Origin: an uncultured Bacilli bacterium
GTDB taxonomy: Bacteria > Bacillota_I > Bacilli_A > RF39 > UBA660
Reading direction: 5' to 3'
Assembly: GCA_934130235.1 (NCBI GenBank)
Contig: CAKOXU010000002.1
Span: forward strand, 1 to 56,508
DNA length: 56,508 bases
Shown: positions 43,876 to 53,294 of the stretch, piece by piece
Layout: every line of letters starts with the position of its first letter
Position numbering within the stretch: the first letter of the stretch is position 1
Program-made: the position numbers and the translations under genes
The notes under the pieces: model-generated
Databases searched by the model: none
What the model was told of the DNA's origin: nothing
What the model saw: only the letters and a program-made list of their open reading frames with translations

Positions 43876-44862
43876 CTATTTATCAATATTTTCTTTTATA
43901 TATTCTAATAAAGACATAACCCTGTCGTATTCCATTCTCTTAGGGCCTATCAAAGCAATAGTACCCTCTTCTCCATTAATAGAATACTTTGTTTTAACAA
44001 TAGTAACATCATCGTCAAAATTGTTTTCACTACCTATATATACATTAATACCATTGTCTTCTTCTTTAATATAATTAACTAAATCTTTATCATTAAATTT
44101 ACTAACTATATCTCTTACTTTATCAATACTGTCAAATTCTGGTTGCATCAATATATTGTTTCTTCCTGAAACGTTCATACTGCTACTAGCAACATCTGTA
44201 AAAGCATTATAAAAAGCATTATATAAGACCTCATGTTTATGTATATACTGTGCAATTACAGGCTTTACTTCATATTCCAATGCACTACTAACTTCACTAA
44301 TTGGAGTTCCTACAATAAGTTTATTAATTAAATCAACCGTCTGTTTAATTTCCTTCATATCAACTTCTTTTGATATATAAACTTTCCTATTCTCAACATG
44401 ACCTTTATCAGTTATTACTAGTGCAATTAAGTTTTGACTATCAATAGGAACAACCTCTATCTTTTTTACTAAATTTTCATTAGATTGTTTACCTAATACA
44501 ATTGCAGTATAATGTGTTAATTCTGAAATAATTTCCATACTTTTAAGTATTACATCATTTACTACAAGTGATTTGTTATTTACAACTGTTTGAAGTTTTA
44601 ACATATCTTCTCCATTTAATTCCTTAGGCTGCATTATATTGTCTACATAATATCTATAACCCTTTTCACTAGGAATTCTTCCTGAAGATATATGTGTTTT
44701 TTCAAGTAAACCTATTTCTTCTAAGTAATTCATTTCTGCTCTAATTGTTGCAGATGAACACTTCATCGCATCGCATAATGATTTACTACTAACAGGTCTT
44801 GCTGTGTTTATATATTCTTCAACTATCAGTTTCAACAAAGATTCTTCTCTATTAGTAATCAA
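43876..44862 (-). CDS. hrcA: Heat-inducible transcription repressor HrcA
   Basis: N-terminal wHTH (LLKLIVEEYINTARPVSSKSL). Start assigned to the TTG preceded by AGAGGTGAG, because the longer ATG-initiated ORF would run into the CIRCE operator. Confidence 0.9.
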   Translation of the reverse strand: MITNREESLLKLIVEEYINTARPVSSKSLCDAMKCSSATIRAEMNYLEEIGLLEKTHISSGRIPSEKGYRYYVDNIMQPKELNGEDMLKLQTVVNNKSLVVNDVILKSMEIISELTHYTAIVLGKQSNENLVKKIEVVPIDSQNLIALVITDKGHVENRKVYISKEVDMKEIKQTVDLINKLIVGTPISEVSSALEYEVKPVIAQYIHKHEVLYNAFYNAFTDVASSSMNVSGRNNILMQPEFDSIDKVRDIVSKFNDKDLVNYIKEEDNGINVYIGSENNFDDDVTIVKTKYSINGEEGTIALIGPKRMEYDRVMSLLEYIKENIDK

Positions 44863-44915
44863 ACTACTCACCTCTAATTTATTATATATATTTTTTAAAA
44901 TAATATAACACGTTT

Positions 44916-44942
44916 TTAGCACTACTATTTCTTAAGTGCTAA
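44916..44942. promoter_or_regulatory. CIRCE operator (HrcA binding site)
   Basis: TTAGCACTA-N9-AAGTGCTAA versus the consensus TTAGCACTC-N9-GAGTGCTAA. Located just downstream of the -10 box. Confidence 0.85.
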
Positions 44943-44946
44943 AACA

Positions 44947-44975
44947 AGTATAGCACTATTTCTTGGCACTGTCAA
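44947..44975 (-). promoter_or_regulatory. Sigma-A promoter of the hrcA operon (TTGACA-17-TATACT)
   Basis: The minus strand reads TTGACAgtgccaagaaatagtgcTATACT. Confidence 0.6.
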
Positions 44976-44989
44976 TAAAAAAGTGCTAA
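44963..44989. promoter_or_regulatory. Second, degenerate CIRCE-like element overlapping the -35 box
   Basis: The minus strand reads TTAGCACTT-N9-CAGTGCCAA. That is 3 mismatches in total to the consensus (one in the left arm, two in the right). Confidence 0.4.
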
Positions 44990-45025
44990 TTTCATAAAAT
45001 TTTCACAAAAAAAAGATTAACTATG

Positions 45026-46195
45026 TTAACCTTTATAATATAAAACTATCAAAGCAATTATAAGTATCAAACTCATAATAATACCATTTACTTTATCAAA
45101 TGTAGTGCTTTTATATTTGACACCTACTGCTTTAGTAATTAATACACCGCCTATTAATCCACCTATATGAGCCATATAATCGATTCCCGGAACAACAAAT
45201 CCGATTGCTAAATTAAGCAATATTAATGGAATAATTTGGCTTTTAATAACTCCACTTAAATATACTCTATAGTGATATCCAAAATAAAGAAGTGATCCTA
45301 GTAATCCAAATATAGCACCACTAGCTCCTACTGATACATATCCCTGTGGTAAATACAAAATAGAAAGAAGACCAGATATTAATCCACTTACAATATATAT
45401 AATACTAAATTTAAATTTTCCAAAAAAACTCTCCAACTGAGGACCTATTATATATAATGAATACATATTACAAAGTAAATGAATTAGACCAGCGTGTAAA
45501 AACATACTTGAAAACAATCTAGACATTAATTCGGGAATAGAATTAATATAATCTTTACTTACCAATCCACCAATATTATCTAATATATTAGGATCTATCT
45601 GTATAATGTTTTTTGATAAAACAGCACTTAGTATATAAAAAGCTATACAAATACCTATAAAAATGTATGTCATTACAGGTTTTTTCTTAGAAAATACATC
45701 TTCCGCTTTTTTTGTCTCTTCAAAATTCTTTTTATTTATGTCTTCAGTTAATTTTATAAACAATTCAATACCTTCTTCGTTAGTTGCTTCCACTTCAAGT
45801 ATATGAGGAAAGTTATTCATAATAAATGAATATTTTTCAATATCATTCAACTTGTCTACTCTAGCTAACTTTATATTGTCAAATTCTTTCTTATTTATAT
45901 CTACATTATCACCTAAATTTACAAATATAGATAAAGAATTCATTTTAAGAGAAAACATTTTTCCTTTTATTTTTTTTAAGATTTGTTTAGTTTTAAAAAC
46001 ATCAAAATCTAATTGTTCATTATTATGTATATAATTAGAAACAATTCTTATTATTTTATAATCAGCATTAGCATTTTCTAACCATATCTCATCCTTAGCA
46101 CCATGAAGTACAACTGGATTATATCCTTCAAATGTTATAAAATAGTGTAACAATTTCATAACAATTTCATCGTTTTTATTCAATGTAATATTCAT
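45026..46195 (-). CDS. Rhomboid-family intramembrane serine protease with GluP/YqgP-like cytosolic N-domain
   Basis: 389 aa. The N-terminal ~190 aa is soluble (DEIWLEN...IIRIV). Catalytic GASGAIFGL and MAHIGGLIGG lie in TM helices. Confidence 0.85.
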   Translation of the reverse strand: MNITLNKNDEIVMKLLHYFITFEGYNPVVLHGAKDEIWLENANADYKIIRIVSNYIHNNEQLDFDVFKTKQILKKIKGKMFSLKMNSLSIFVNLGDNVDINKKEFDNIKLARVDKLNDIEKYSFIMNNFPHILEVEATNEEGIELFIKLTEDINKKNFEETKKAEDVFSKKKPVMTYIFIGICIAFYILSAVLSKNIIQIDPNILDNIGGLVSKDYINSIPELMSRLFSSMFLHAGLIHLLCNMYSLYIIGPQLESFFGKFKFSIIYIVSGLISGLLSILYLPQGYVSVGASGAIFGLLGSLLYFGYHYRVYLSGVIKSQIIPLILLNLAIGFVVPGIDYMAHIGGLIGGVLITKAVGVKYKSTTFDKVNGIIMSLILIIALIVLYYKG

Positions 46196-46256
46196 ATTAC
46201 ACCTCTTTCATATTAATATTTTAATACATTTAGAATAAGATGTAAAGAGGTGTATT

Positions 46257-46697
46257 ATGAAAAAAATATTTAAATTTTTAATTATTCTTCTTCCTTGGTT
46301 CATAAGTAGTATAGTATTTAAAAGTGATACCGTTTTTTACAACAATCTAAACTTACCTAGCTTTGCTCCTAATCCATTTGTATTTGTAATAGTATGGACA
46401 ATTCTATATATTTTAATAGCACTTTCTATTTTTAATATGAATGAGTATAGTGCAAATTATAAAAAAATTCTTTTAATAAATTATGTAAGTAATCAAACTT
46501 TTTCTTTCTTTTTCTTTATACTAAAAAGTCCATTCTTAGCTTTAATTGACACAGTAATAACTCTTATAAGTGCATTATTCCTATATTATGAATCTAAGTT
46601 AGACAATGAAAAATCATCTAAATTACTTATTCCTTATTTAATATGGAATTTATTTGCTACTATATTAATTATATTTGTATTCTTTATGAATATATAA
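46257..46697 (+). CDS. tspO: TspO/MBR-family tryptophan-rich sensory protein
   Basis: 146 aa, five TM helices. Motifs L..PSFAPNPFVF..VWTILYILIALS and YLIWNLFAT. Confidence 0.75.
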   Translation: MKKIFKFLIILLPWFISSIVFKSDTVFYNNLNLPSFAPNPFVFVIVWTILYILIALSIFNMNEYSANYKKILLINYVSNQTFSFFFFILKSPFLALIDTVITLISALFLYYESKLDNEKSSKLLIPYLIWNLFATILIIFVFFMNI

Positions 46698-46722
46698 AAA
46701 AAGAGATTATAAATCTCTTTTT
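46696..46722. terminator. Bidirectional terminator shared by convergent tspO and tex
   Basis: Stem AAAGAGAT/ATCTCTTT with a 5-nt loop, A-run and T-run on the flanks. The tex stop codon lies at the stem/loop junction. Confidence 0.6.
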
Positions 46723-48869
46723 GGTTCTAATAAGCTAAGTGAAACTTTACCTTTATCTATTTTTATTTCATCAACATAGCAATCTACTATATCACCAACA
46801 CTAAGTATTTCACTAGGATGTTTAATGTATTTATCAGTCATCTTTGATATATGTACAAGCCCATCTTCATGAAGTCCAATATCTATAAACGCTCCAAAAT
46901 CCACTACGTTTCTTACAGTTCCTTGTAACTTCATACCTAATTTCAAATCTTTAAGCTCTAATATATCACTCTTTAGTAAAGGTTGTGGCATTGAATCTCT
47001 AGGGTCCCTCAATGGACTTTTTAATGATTTTATTACGTCTTCTAATGTATAGATGTCTGTTGAAAGTTTTTCTTTATATTCATCTAAATTTATTTTATTT
47101 AGTTTATCTACTAATTGATTAGAACCTACATCCTTCAAAGACATATCCAAGCTTTTAAGTAAATTTAGTGCGATTTGATAACTCTCTGGATGAATACTTG
47201 TAGCATCTAAAATATTATCGCCATCTATTATTCTTAAAAATCCTATTGATTGTTGATAAACCTTATCAGATAATATTTTTTCTAATTCTTTTCTAGAATT
47301 TATTTTTCCCTTTGTATTTCTATAATCAATTAATTTATCTATATACCTCTTAGTTATACCAGATACATATTTTAATATGGATTTAGACGCAGTATTTAAG
47401 TTTACTCCTACATTATTTACTGCTTTACTTACAACAAAATCTAAGTTTTCACTTAATTTTTTTTCTGATACATCGTGTTGGTACAATCCTACACCTATTC
47501 CCTCTGGTGGTATTTTAACAAGTTCAGATAATGGGTCTTGTAATCTTCTACCAATACTTACAGCACTTCTTTTTTCAACAGCTAAATCAGGAAATTCCTC
47601 TATTGCTACTTTAGAAGCACTATAAATAGAAGCACCAGCTTCTGATACAATAGCATACTTACAGTCTAAATCGTATTTTTTAATCATATCAGAAATAAAC
47701 TTTTCTGATTCTCTAGATGCAGTTCCATTTCCTATAGCTATTATATCTACATTATATTTATCTATTAAATTTTTAACAATAATCTGCGATTGTTCAATAT
47801 TCTTTTCTTTATTACCATTTAAAAATGGTTTTACAACAGTAGAATCCAAATATTTGCCTGTTTTATCTATTACAGCTATTTTACATCCATTTACAAATCC
47901 AGGATCAAAGGCAAGTACTACTTGTTCTTTCATCGGTGGTGTTAAAAGAAGATTTTCTAAATTAGAAGCAAAATTATTTATAGCAGCATCTTCTCCTTTT
48001 ACAGTTAGATCACTTCTTATTTCTCTTTCTACAGATGGCTGTATTAATCTTTTATAAGAATCCTCTATCGCTTCCTTTACATTTTCACAAGCAAAACTGT
48101 TACTATTTTTAATTATATTTTTTTCTAGATAGTTTAAAACTCGTTGCTTATCATATACTATAGACACACTAAGTATGCCTTCTTTTTCACCTCTATTTAA
48201 GGCAAGTATTCTATGTGGTTTTATATACTTAATTCTTTCTTCATAATCATAATACATATCATAAACCTTATTGTTATCATTTGCATTCTTTTTTAATTTA
48301 CTTTTAATAGTTCCATAATTATATGTATTATTTCTAATACTTTTTCTATATTTAGCATTATCACTAATATTCTCTGCTATTATGTATTTAGCTCCCTTTA
48401 TCGCATCTTCACATGTTAAAACATTTTCGTTTAAATACTTTTTAGATATACTTTCAATATTACCACTGGTTGGAAAAGCCATTATTTCATGCGCTAAACC
48501 TTCCAAACCATTCTTTATTGCCTCCGTAGCTTTAGTCTTTTTCTTTTCTTTAAATGGTCTATATAAATCTTCAACTTCTACTAATTTAGAAGCACTCATT
48601 ATTTCATTTCTTAATTCATCAGTTAAAAGCCCCTTTTCATCAATTAACCTTATAACATCTTCTTTCCTTTTCAACAAGTTATTTTGATACTTGTAAACTT
48701 CCTCTATACTTCTTATTGTATCTTCATCAAGCGCACCTGTAGCTTCTTTTCTATAACGTGCTATAAAAGGTATAGTAGATCCTTCTTCCAATAATTTAAG
48801 TACAACGCTTACTTGTTTTTCAACTATATTTAACTCTTCACTCATTTTTTTTATTATATCTGTATTCAT
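46707..48869 (-). CDS. tex: Tex-family transcription accessory protein (S1 domain)
   Basis: 720 aa. Tex N-terminal HTH region (IPFIARYRKEATG), YqgF-like core, C-terminal S1 (GTVRNVVDFGAFIDIG). Confidence 0.9.
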   Translation of the reverse strand: MNTDIIKKMSEELNIVEKQVSVVLKLLEEGSTIPFIARYRKEATGALDEDTIRSIEEVYKYQNNLLKRKEDVIRLIDEKGLLTDELRNEIMSASKLVEVEDLYRPFKEKKKTKATEAIKNGLEGLAHEIMAFPTSGNIESISKKYLNENVLTCEDAIKGAKYIIAENISDNAKYRKSIRNNTYNYGTIKSKLKKNANDNNKVYDMYYDYEERIKYIKPHRILALNRGEKEGILSVSIVYDKQRVLNYLEKNIIKNSNSFACENVKEAIEDSYKRLIQPSVEREIRSDLTVKGEDAAINNFASNLENLLLTPPMKEQVVLAFDPGFVNGCKIAVIDKTGKYLDSTVVKPFLNGNKEKNIEQSQIIVKNLIDKYNVDIIAIGNGTASRESEKFISDMIKKYDLDCKYAIVSEAGASIYSASKVAIEEFPDLAVEKRSAVSIGRRLQDPLSELVKIPPEGIGVGLYQHDVSEKKLSENLDFVVSKAVNNVGVNLNTASKSILKYVSGITKRYIDKLIDYRNTKGKINSRKELEKILSDKVYQQSIGFLRIIDGDNILDATSIHPESYQIALNLLKSLDMSLKDVGSNQLVDKLNKINLDEYKEKLSTDIYTLEDVIKSLKSPLRDPRDSMPQPLLKSDILELKDLKLGMKLQGTVRNVVDFGAFIDIGLHEDGLVHISKMTDKYIKHPSEILSVGDIVDCYVDEIKIDKGKVSLSLLEPKRDL

Positions 48870-48921
48870 AAATCCTCTTTTCTACTATACAATTATACCA
48901 TAGTTCAATAAAAAAGATAAA

Positions 48922-50928
48922 CTATTTTACTAGTTCATCTCTTTTTTCATAAGCATCTATTAAATTATAAGTAATGATACTATTGGATATTTTTATCAAA
49001 TTATCCGCATATTCATTATTATCATTAATTTCATCCATACTAACAGCATAATCCAAGTCTAACTGTCTATATGTTTCACTAGACGCTTCATAATATAAGT
49101 TTTTAGTCATCCAGTTTCCATCTGGAAATACTATTAAGTGCTTATACTCACTAAAATAATCATGCCCTAAATTATACTTAGGAGTTATTCCTAACATATT
49201 TTCTAATGTTGGTGACACATCTATCATTCCCATTACATCATTATATTCTTTGTTATATTTTGTATTTATCTTATCCTTAGACCAAATAATAAATGGTACT
49301 TTTCTATTTATTTCATATGTAAAATCGTCTATTGTACCTACTGTATCAGTTGGATCAATTAAAACACTTTCATAATATTCACTATCATATAACTTTTTAA
49401 ATTCAGAATGTTTTAGCTTACAATCATGATCTCCATACAACACTATTATTGTATCATCTAGTAGTCCTGATGATTCTAAATCAGTTAATAATTGTCCAAT
49501 TGCTTCATCTGCATAATGAACAGACTTAAGATAGTTTCCCATTTTAGTTTCCTCTAACCAAGGAATAACTTCTTCTTTAGTCTCACCAGTCAATTCATCA
49601 GTAGTTGTTTTGATATAATCAACAGAATAACTTGTATCATTTTCTAACGCAGTAAAAGGGGTATGATTAGTAAGCATAATAAGTGTTCCATACCACTTTT
49701 TATGTTCATCATTAATCGTTTTTAGAATTTCTATTGATTGTTTGAAGAATGATTTATCAGAAAGACCAAGTCCTAATTGTTCATCTATAGTATAATCCTT
49801 TGTATAATAATAGAAATTATCATAACCTAAATACTTATATGTATTACTTCTATTCCAAGCACTACCATTATTCGCATGCATACTAAAAGTATAATAATCT
49901 TGATTTTTTAATAATTTTAAAATAGTTTCATAATCTCTATCAAAATAATTCATAAATACAGTTCCAGATGAACTAGGTAAAAGAGATGTTAATGATGTAA
50001 ACTCACTATCGCTACTATTTCCTACACTTTCTTGTGCATAAAAATTAGAAAAATAAATTCCTTCACGAGCTAATTTATTTAAATTAGGTGTTAATTCTTT
50101 TCCATTAAATTTTAAATTCATAGTAAAACTTTGTAAAGATTCACCATGTATTACAATTACATTTTTACCTTTAAATATATTAGTATACATATTAGTTTCG
50201 TGTTCCCTGTCAGTTTCATAATACTCTCTAAAAGATTTATATGCATCATCATACCCAAACATAGAATTCATAGTAGTTTTTAAAGACGTTAATGCATCAT
50301 TTATTTGATATGTATAAATTCCAAATTCCATAACTACATATGATCTATTCCACTGCTTATCTAACCTACTAATATCGACAGGACTAAGCATAGAAACAAA
50401 AACACCTAATGTTATCAATGAAGTTATAATCATATTTAAAAATCTTGTCTTAGGAACCTCTATATTTTTTACCTTTTTATAGTACTTTGATTTTTTTAAT
50501 TTACGATGTGTAAATACTAGTGCGAATATTTGCCATAAAAATATTAAATCCTTAAATTCAAATATATTTTCTAATGCATCCATATATCCTCCAAGTTCAC
50601 TTGCAGTAGATAGTAAGGATACAGATGCGAATGATAAATAATTACTATAATAAATAGAATTTACTATACAAATTGCAGTAAAAAATATACTTAGAACTAA
50701 TAAATACTTAAATTGATTTTTTGGTTTAAAAAAATAACCAAAGGAAGTAAAAAATAATAATATTGTTAAATCTGCCATTACGGGTTTAATAGCAAAATAA
50801 TTAGCAACTGTAAAATATCTAAGTAAACATCCATTAATTAAACAACTTATTATAAAAACAGACATCAGTATATTACTTTTAATATATTTCTTCAAACTTT
50901 TAAAAAACTTATTAATTTTTTTACCCAT
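48922..50928 (-). CDS. ltaS: Lipoteichoic acid synthase family protein (5 TM plus sulfatase domain)
   Basis: N-terminal TM bundle plus an extracellular sulfatase-like domain (GNSSDSEF, LYGDHD). Start placed at MGKKINKF, which is preceded by AGAGGGAG. The track ORF has 14 extra N-terminal codons. Confidence 0.8.
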   Translation of the reverse strand: MGKKINKFFKSLKKYIKSNILMSVFIISCLINGCLLRYFTVANYFAIKPVMADLTILLFFTSFGYFFKPKNQFKYLLVLSIFFTAICIVNSIYYSNYLSFASVSLLSTASELGGYMDALENIFEFKDLIFLWQIFALVFTHRKLKKSKYYKKVKNIEVPKTRFLNMIITSLITLGVFVSMLSPVDISRLDKQWNRSYVVMEFGIYTYQINDALTSLKTTMNSMFGYDDAYKSFREYYETDREHETNMYTNIFKGKNVIVIHGESLQSFTMNLKFNGKELTPNLNKLAREGIYFSNFYAQESVGNSSDSEFTSLTSLLPSSSGTVFMNYFDRDYETILKLLKNQDYYTFSMHANNGSAWNRSNTYKYLGYDNFYYYTKDYTIDEQLGLGLSDKSFFKQSIEILKTINDEHKKWYGTLIMLTNHTPFTALENDTSYSVDYIKTTTDELTGETKEEVIPWLEETKMGNYLKSVHYADEAIGQLLTDLESSGLLDDTIIVLYGDHDCKLKHSEFKKLYDSEYYESVLIDPTDTVGTIDDFTYEINRKVPFIIWSKDKINTKYNKEYNDVMGMIDVSPTLENMLGITPKYNLGHDYFSEYKHLIVFPDGNWMTKNLYYEASSETYRQLDLDYAVSMDEINDNNEYADNLIKISNSIITYNLIDAYEKRDELVK

Positions 50929-50983
50929 TTTATCTCCCTCTTTACTCATAAAGTATAGCACATAATGCAACTTTTTACAACTT

Positions 50984-51008
50984 AAAAAAAGCCTTATTAT
51001 TATAAGGC
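50984..51008 (-). terminator. Intrinsic terminator after tmk
   Basis: Stem GCCTTAT/ATAAGGC with a 4-nt loop, followed on the minus strand by a 7-U run. The stop codon lies within the hairpin. Confidence 0.7.
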
Positions 51009-51674
51009 ATTTTTAACTATCTCAAACAATTCATTATTTATATCATCAACACTTCTAGGCTTATTCATCTCACTGCATTCAATAGTTTTAAAGTCATAAA
51101 GTTCTGATATTTCAACATACGCAGTCTCAGCGCATTTTAAATGACTAATAGATTTTTCGTGTTCATCTGCTGCTTCACTTCTATTTTCTTTTAACTTCAA
51201 AGATACTTCTGTTGGCATGTGCAGAAATACTTTTATGTCTGCTTCAGGCAATTTAAGTAAAGAAAACTCTAAAGTTTCTAGCCATTTATACATCTTATAT
51301 CTCTCAGATTTCTCTTTTATTTTTCCACCTTGATGTGCCATATTTGAATACATATATCTATCCAATATAACATTATAGCCTTCAGATAAACATTTTAAAA
51401 TTTTTTTTATATTATATTTTCTATCGGCTGCGAAATACAAAGATGCAACAAACGGATCTACATTTACCGCACCTTCTTCAAAAATACACTCACCTATTTG
51501 AGGTTTACCTAAATACGGTCCTCCTATTATTTTTCCAGTTGGTGTATCATAAAATGGAAAGCTAAATCTTCTGCACTTAATATGCATACTATTCAACTTT
51601 TCTATTAATCTCTTAGTTTGTGTTTCTTTACCACTACAGTCGGTACCCTCTATTACAATTATTTTACCTCTCAT
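51000..51674 (-). CDS. tmk: Thymidylate (dTMP) kinase
   Basis: 224 aa. P-loop IEGTDCSGKETQ, DRY motif (LDRYMYSNMAHQ). Confidence 0.85.
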   Translation of the reverse strand: MRGKIIVIEGTDCSGKETQTKRLIEKLNSMHIKCRRFSFPFYDTPTGKIIGGPYLGKPQIGECIFEEGAVNVDPFVASLYFAADRKYNIKKILKCLSEGYNVILDRYMYSNMAHQGGKIKEKSERYKMYKWLETLEFSLLKLPEADIKVFLHMPTEVSLKLKENRSEAADEHEKSISHLKCAETAYVEISELYDFKTIECSEMNKPRSVDDINNELFEIVKNAL

Positions 51675-51682
51675 AAGATCAC

Positions 51683-52258
51683 CTAATACTTAAAATTAAT
51701 ATTTATAGTATAATCAGTATCTTTACTTGAAACTATAGATACTCCTTGTATTATATCATTTTCTATATTTAAATATGCAATTCCATCATCAGTTGTATTT
51801 ATAACTTTATTTAAGTTTTTACTCTTGATTTTTCCCGTATATCCATTCTTAGATTTCTTAACATCAGTAATATATTTTAATAAATCTATATAAATACTAT
51901 AATTAGAATATTCAAAACTATCTACTTGTTCAGTAGCCATATAATACTTTTTATCATAATATTGATAAAAGTTATTTTCTCCGTTTTTATATACATCTAA
52001 AACAAAATTATCTTTTTCGATCATGTAATTTAGGCTGATATCAGATACTTCATCACCTATTCTACTTATTTGTACATTTAATGTATATTCATTCATAGAG
52101 TCTATCTTTTCTTTAGTTAATTTATAATAATCTAATTGTTTTTTTAGACCTTTCGATTTATTAAATAATAATAGAGTTATACATAGTCCTATTACTAACA
52201 AAATAATTATACCTATTAAAATCTTTTTCTTCATATCATCACCAATTAAATTATACAT
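51683..52258 (-). CDS. Hypothetical N-terminally membrane-anchored protein
   Basis: 191 aa. A single TM helix followed by a beta-rich domain. No motif recognised. Confidence 0.45.
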   Translation of the reverse strand: MYNLIGDDMKKKILIGIIILLVIGLCITLLLFNKSKGLKKQLDYYKLTKEKIDSMNEYTLNVQISRIGDEVSDISLNYMIEKDNFVLDVYKNGENNFYQYYDKKYYMATEQVDSFEYSNYSIYIDLLKYITDVKKSKNGYTGKIKSKNLNKVINTTDDGIAYLNIENDIIQGVSIVSSKDTDYTININFKY

Positions 52259-52285
52259 AAAAAGAAAGATTTTGTCTATCCCTAC

Positions 52286-53206
52286 TTAAGCTAAAATAGG
52301 GATTTCTATATACACAGTTGTTCCTTTGCCTAAAGACGATACATAATTAATCTTTCCATTATGAGCCCATATTATCTCATAACTTAAACTAACTCCAAGA
52401 CCCGTACCTCTACTCTTTGTAGTAAAAAATGGTTCCTTTATTTTTTTCAATGTTTTTTCATCCATACCTTGTCCATTGTCTTCTACAATTATGTTAAACT
52501 TATTATTATTTATTCTAGTTTTAACATTAATAATTCCTTTTTCATCTATTGCTTCTATACTATTTTTAATTACATTTATAATTACTTGACTAAGTCTATT
52601 ATAATCACCCTTTATATATACTTCATCATCTAATATATCTGTATTAAGTCTTATTTGCTTTTCTTCTATTAAATTAGATAATTTTTTTATTTGCTCCTCA
52701 ACTAGCATATTAATATCCATTATATCCGCATTTATATTTATTTTGTTTATAAGCAAAAAATCCTGAAGTAATATTAAAAGTCGTTCTATTTCAGACCTTA
52801 TTATAGGAATATACTTTTGAACCTGTTTAGAATCATCCATATTAAGCATATCTAAGTATCCCTTTATAACCGCAATTGGATTTTTAATTTCATGAGTTAT
52901 TTTAAATAGGGATAATTGTATTTGATTATTATTAATAAGTTCATTATAAGTTAATTTATCTTTTAGTATTTTTGTTCCAAGAAAATACATAATATATATA
53001 AATATACATAAGAATAATACACTTATTATATTCATACTATCTATAGAACCTAGTCTATATACTAAAAGAAAAGAACCTAATACAGATACAAAAAAACATA
53101 ATTTTTGGTATCTAATATTTTTATTAGTATACAAGAATATTAAATATATAGATATAGGGAATAAAACCAATATAGAGTTTAATAATAATATTTCAAAATC
53201 ATTCAT
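52286..53206 (-). CDS. Orphan membrane histidine kinase (no adjacent response regulator)
   Basis: Three N-terminal TM helices. H-box THEIKNPIAVIKGY, N-box NVIKNSIEA, G1 DNGQGMD, G2 GTGLGVSL. Start taken as the ATG after GGTGAT (the track uses the TTG one codon upstream). Confidence 0.85.
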   Translation of the reverse strand: MNDFEILLLNSILVLFPISIYLIFLYTNKNIRYQKLCFFVSVLGSFLLVYRLGSIDSMNIISVLFLCIFIYIMYFLGTKILKDKLTYNELINNNQIQLSLFKITHEIKNPIAVIKGYLDMLNMDDSKQVQKYIPIIRSEIERLLILLQDFLLINKININADIMDINMLVEEQIKKLSNLIEEKQIRLNTDILDDEVYIKGDYNRLSQVIINVIKNSIEAIDEKGIINVKTRINNNKFNIIVEDNGQGMDEKTLKKIKEPFFTTKSRGTGLGVSLSYEIIWAHNGKINYVSSLGKGTTVYIEIPILA

Positions 53207-53238
53207 CAAATCACCGTAATAAGTATATCAATTATATT

Positions 53239-53255
53239 TGTCGAATTTTGTCGAA
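53239..53255 (+). promoter_or_regulatory. Two tandem perfect Spo0A boxes (TTTGTCGAA x2, 10-bp phasing) abutting the -10 box of the orphan kinase promoter
   Basis: The plus strand reads aTTTGTCGAATTTTGTCGAAaa. TGTCGAA occurs at 53239-53245 and 53249-53255. TATAAT (minus strand, 53231-53236) is 2 nt away. Matches the published 0A-box consensus TGNCGAA / TTTGTCRAA. Confidence 0.55.
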
Positions 53256-53269
53256 AAATATCTAAATAA

Positions 53270-53294
53270 ATAAAAAAAAGTAGAAAACTACTTT
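53270..53294 (-). terminator. Intrinsic terminator after the EIIB-like gene
   Basis: Stem AAAGTAG/CTACTTT with a 4-nt loop, followed on the minus strand by a U-run. The TAG stop lies in the stem. Confidence 0.6.

Noticed and set aside
44863-44922. Longer ATG-initiated N-terminus of hrcA given by the ORF track.
   Set aside because: The extension overlaps the CIRCE operator and lies in the 5' UTR downstream of the -10 box. A TTG with Shine-Dalgarno AGAGGTGAG at 44862 gives the canonical HrcA N-terminus.
50929-50970. Fourteen extra N-terminal codons on the ltaS-like ORF.
   Set aside because: An AGAGGGAG ribosome-binding site and a TTGTAA-17-TATACT promoter-like sequence fall inside the extension. 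The internal ATG at 50928 is the better start.
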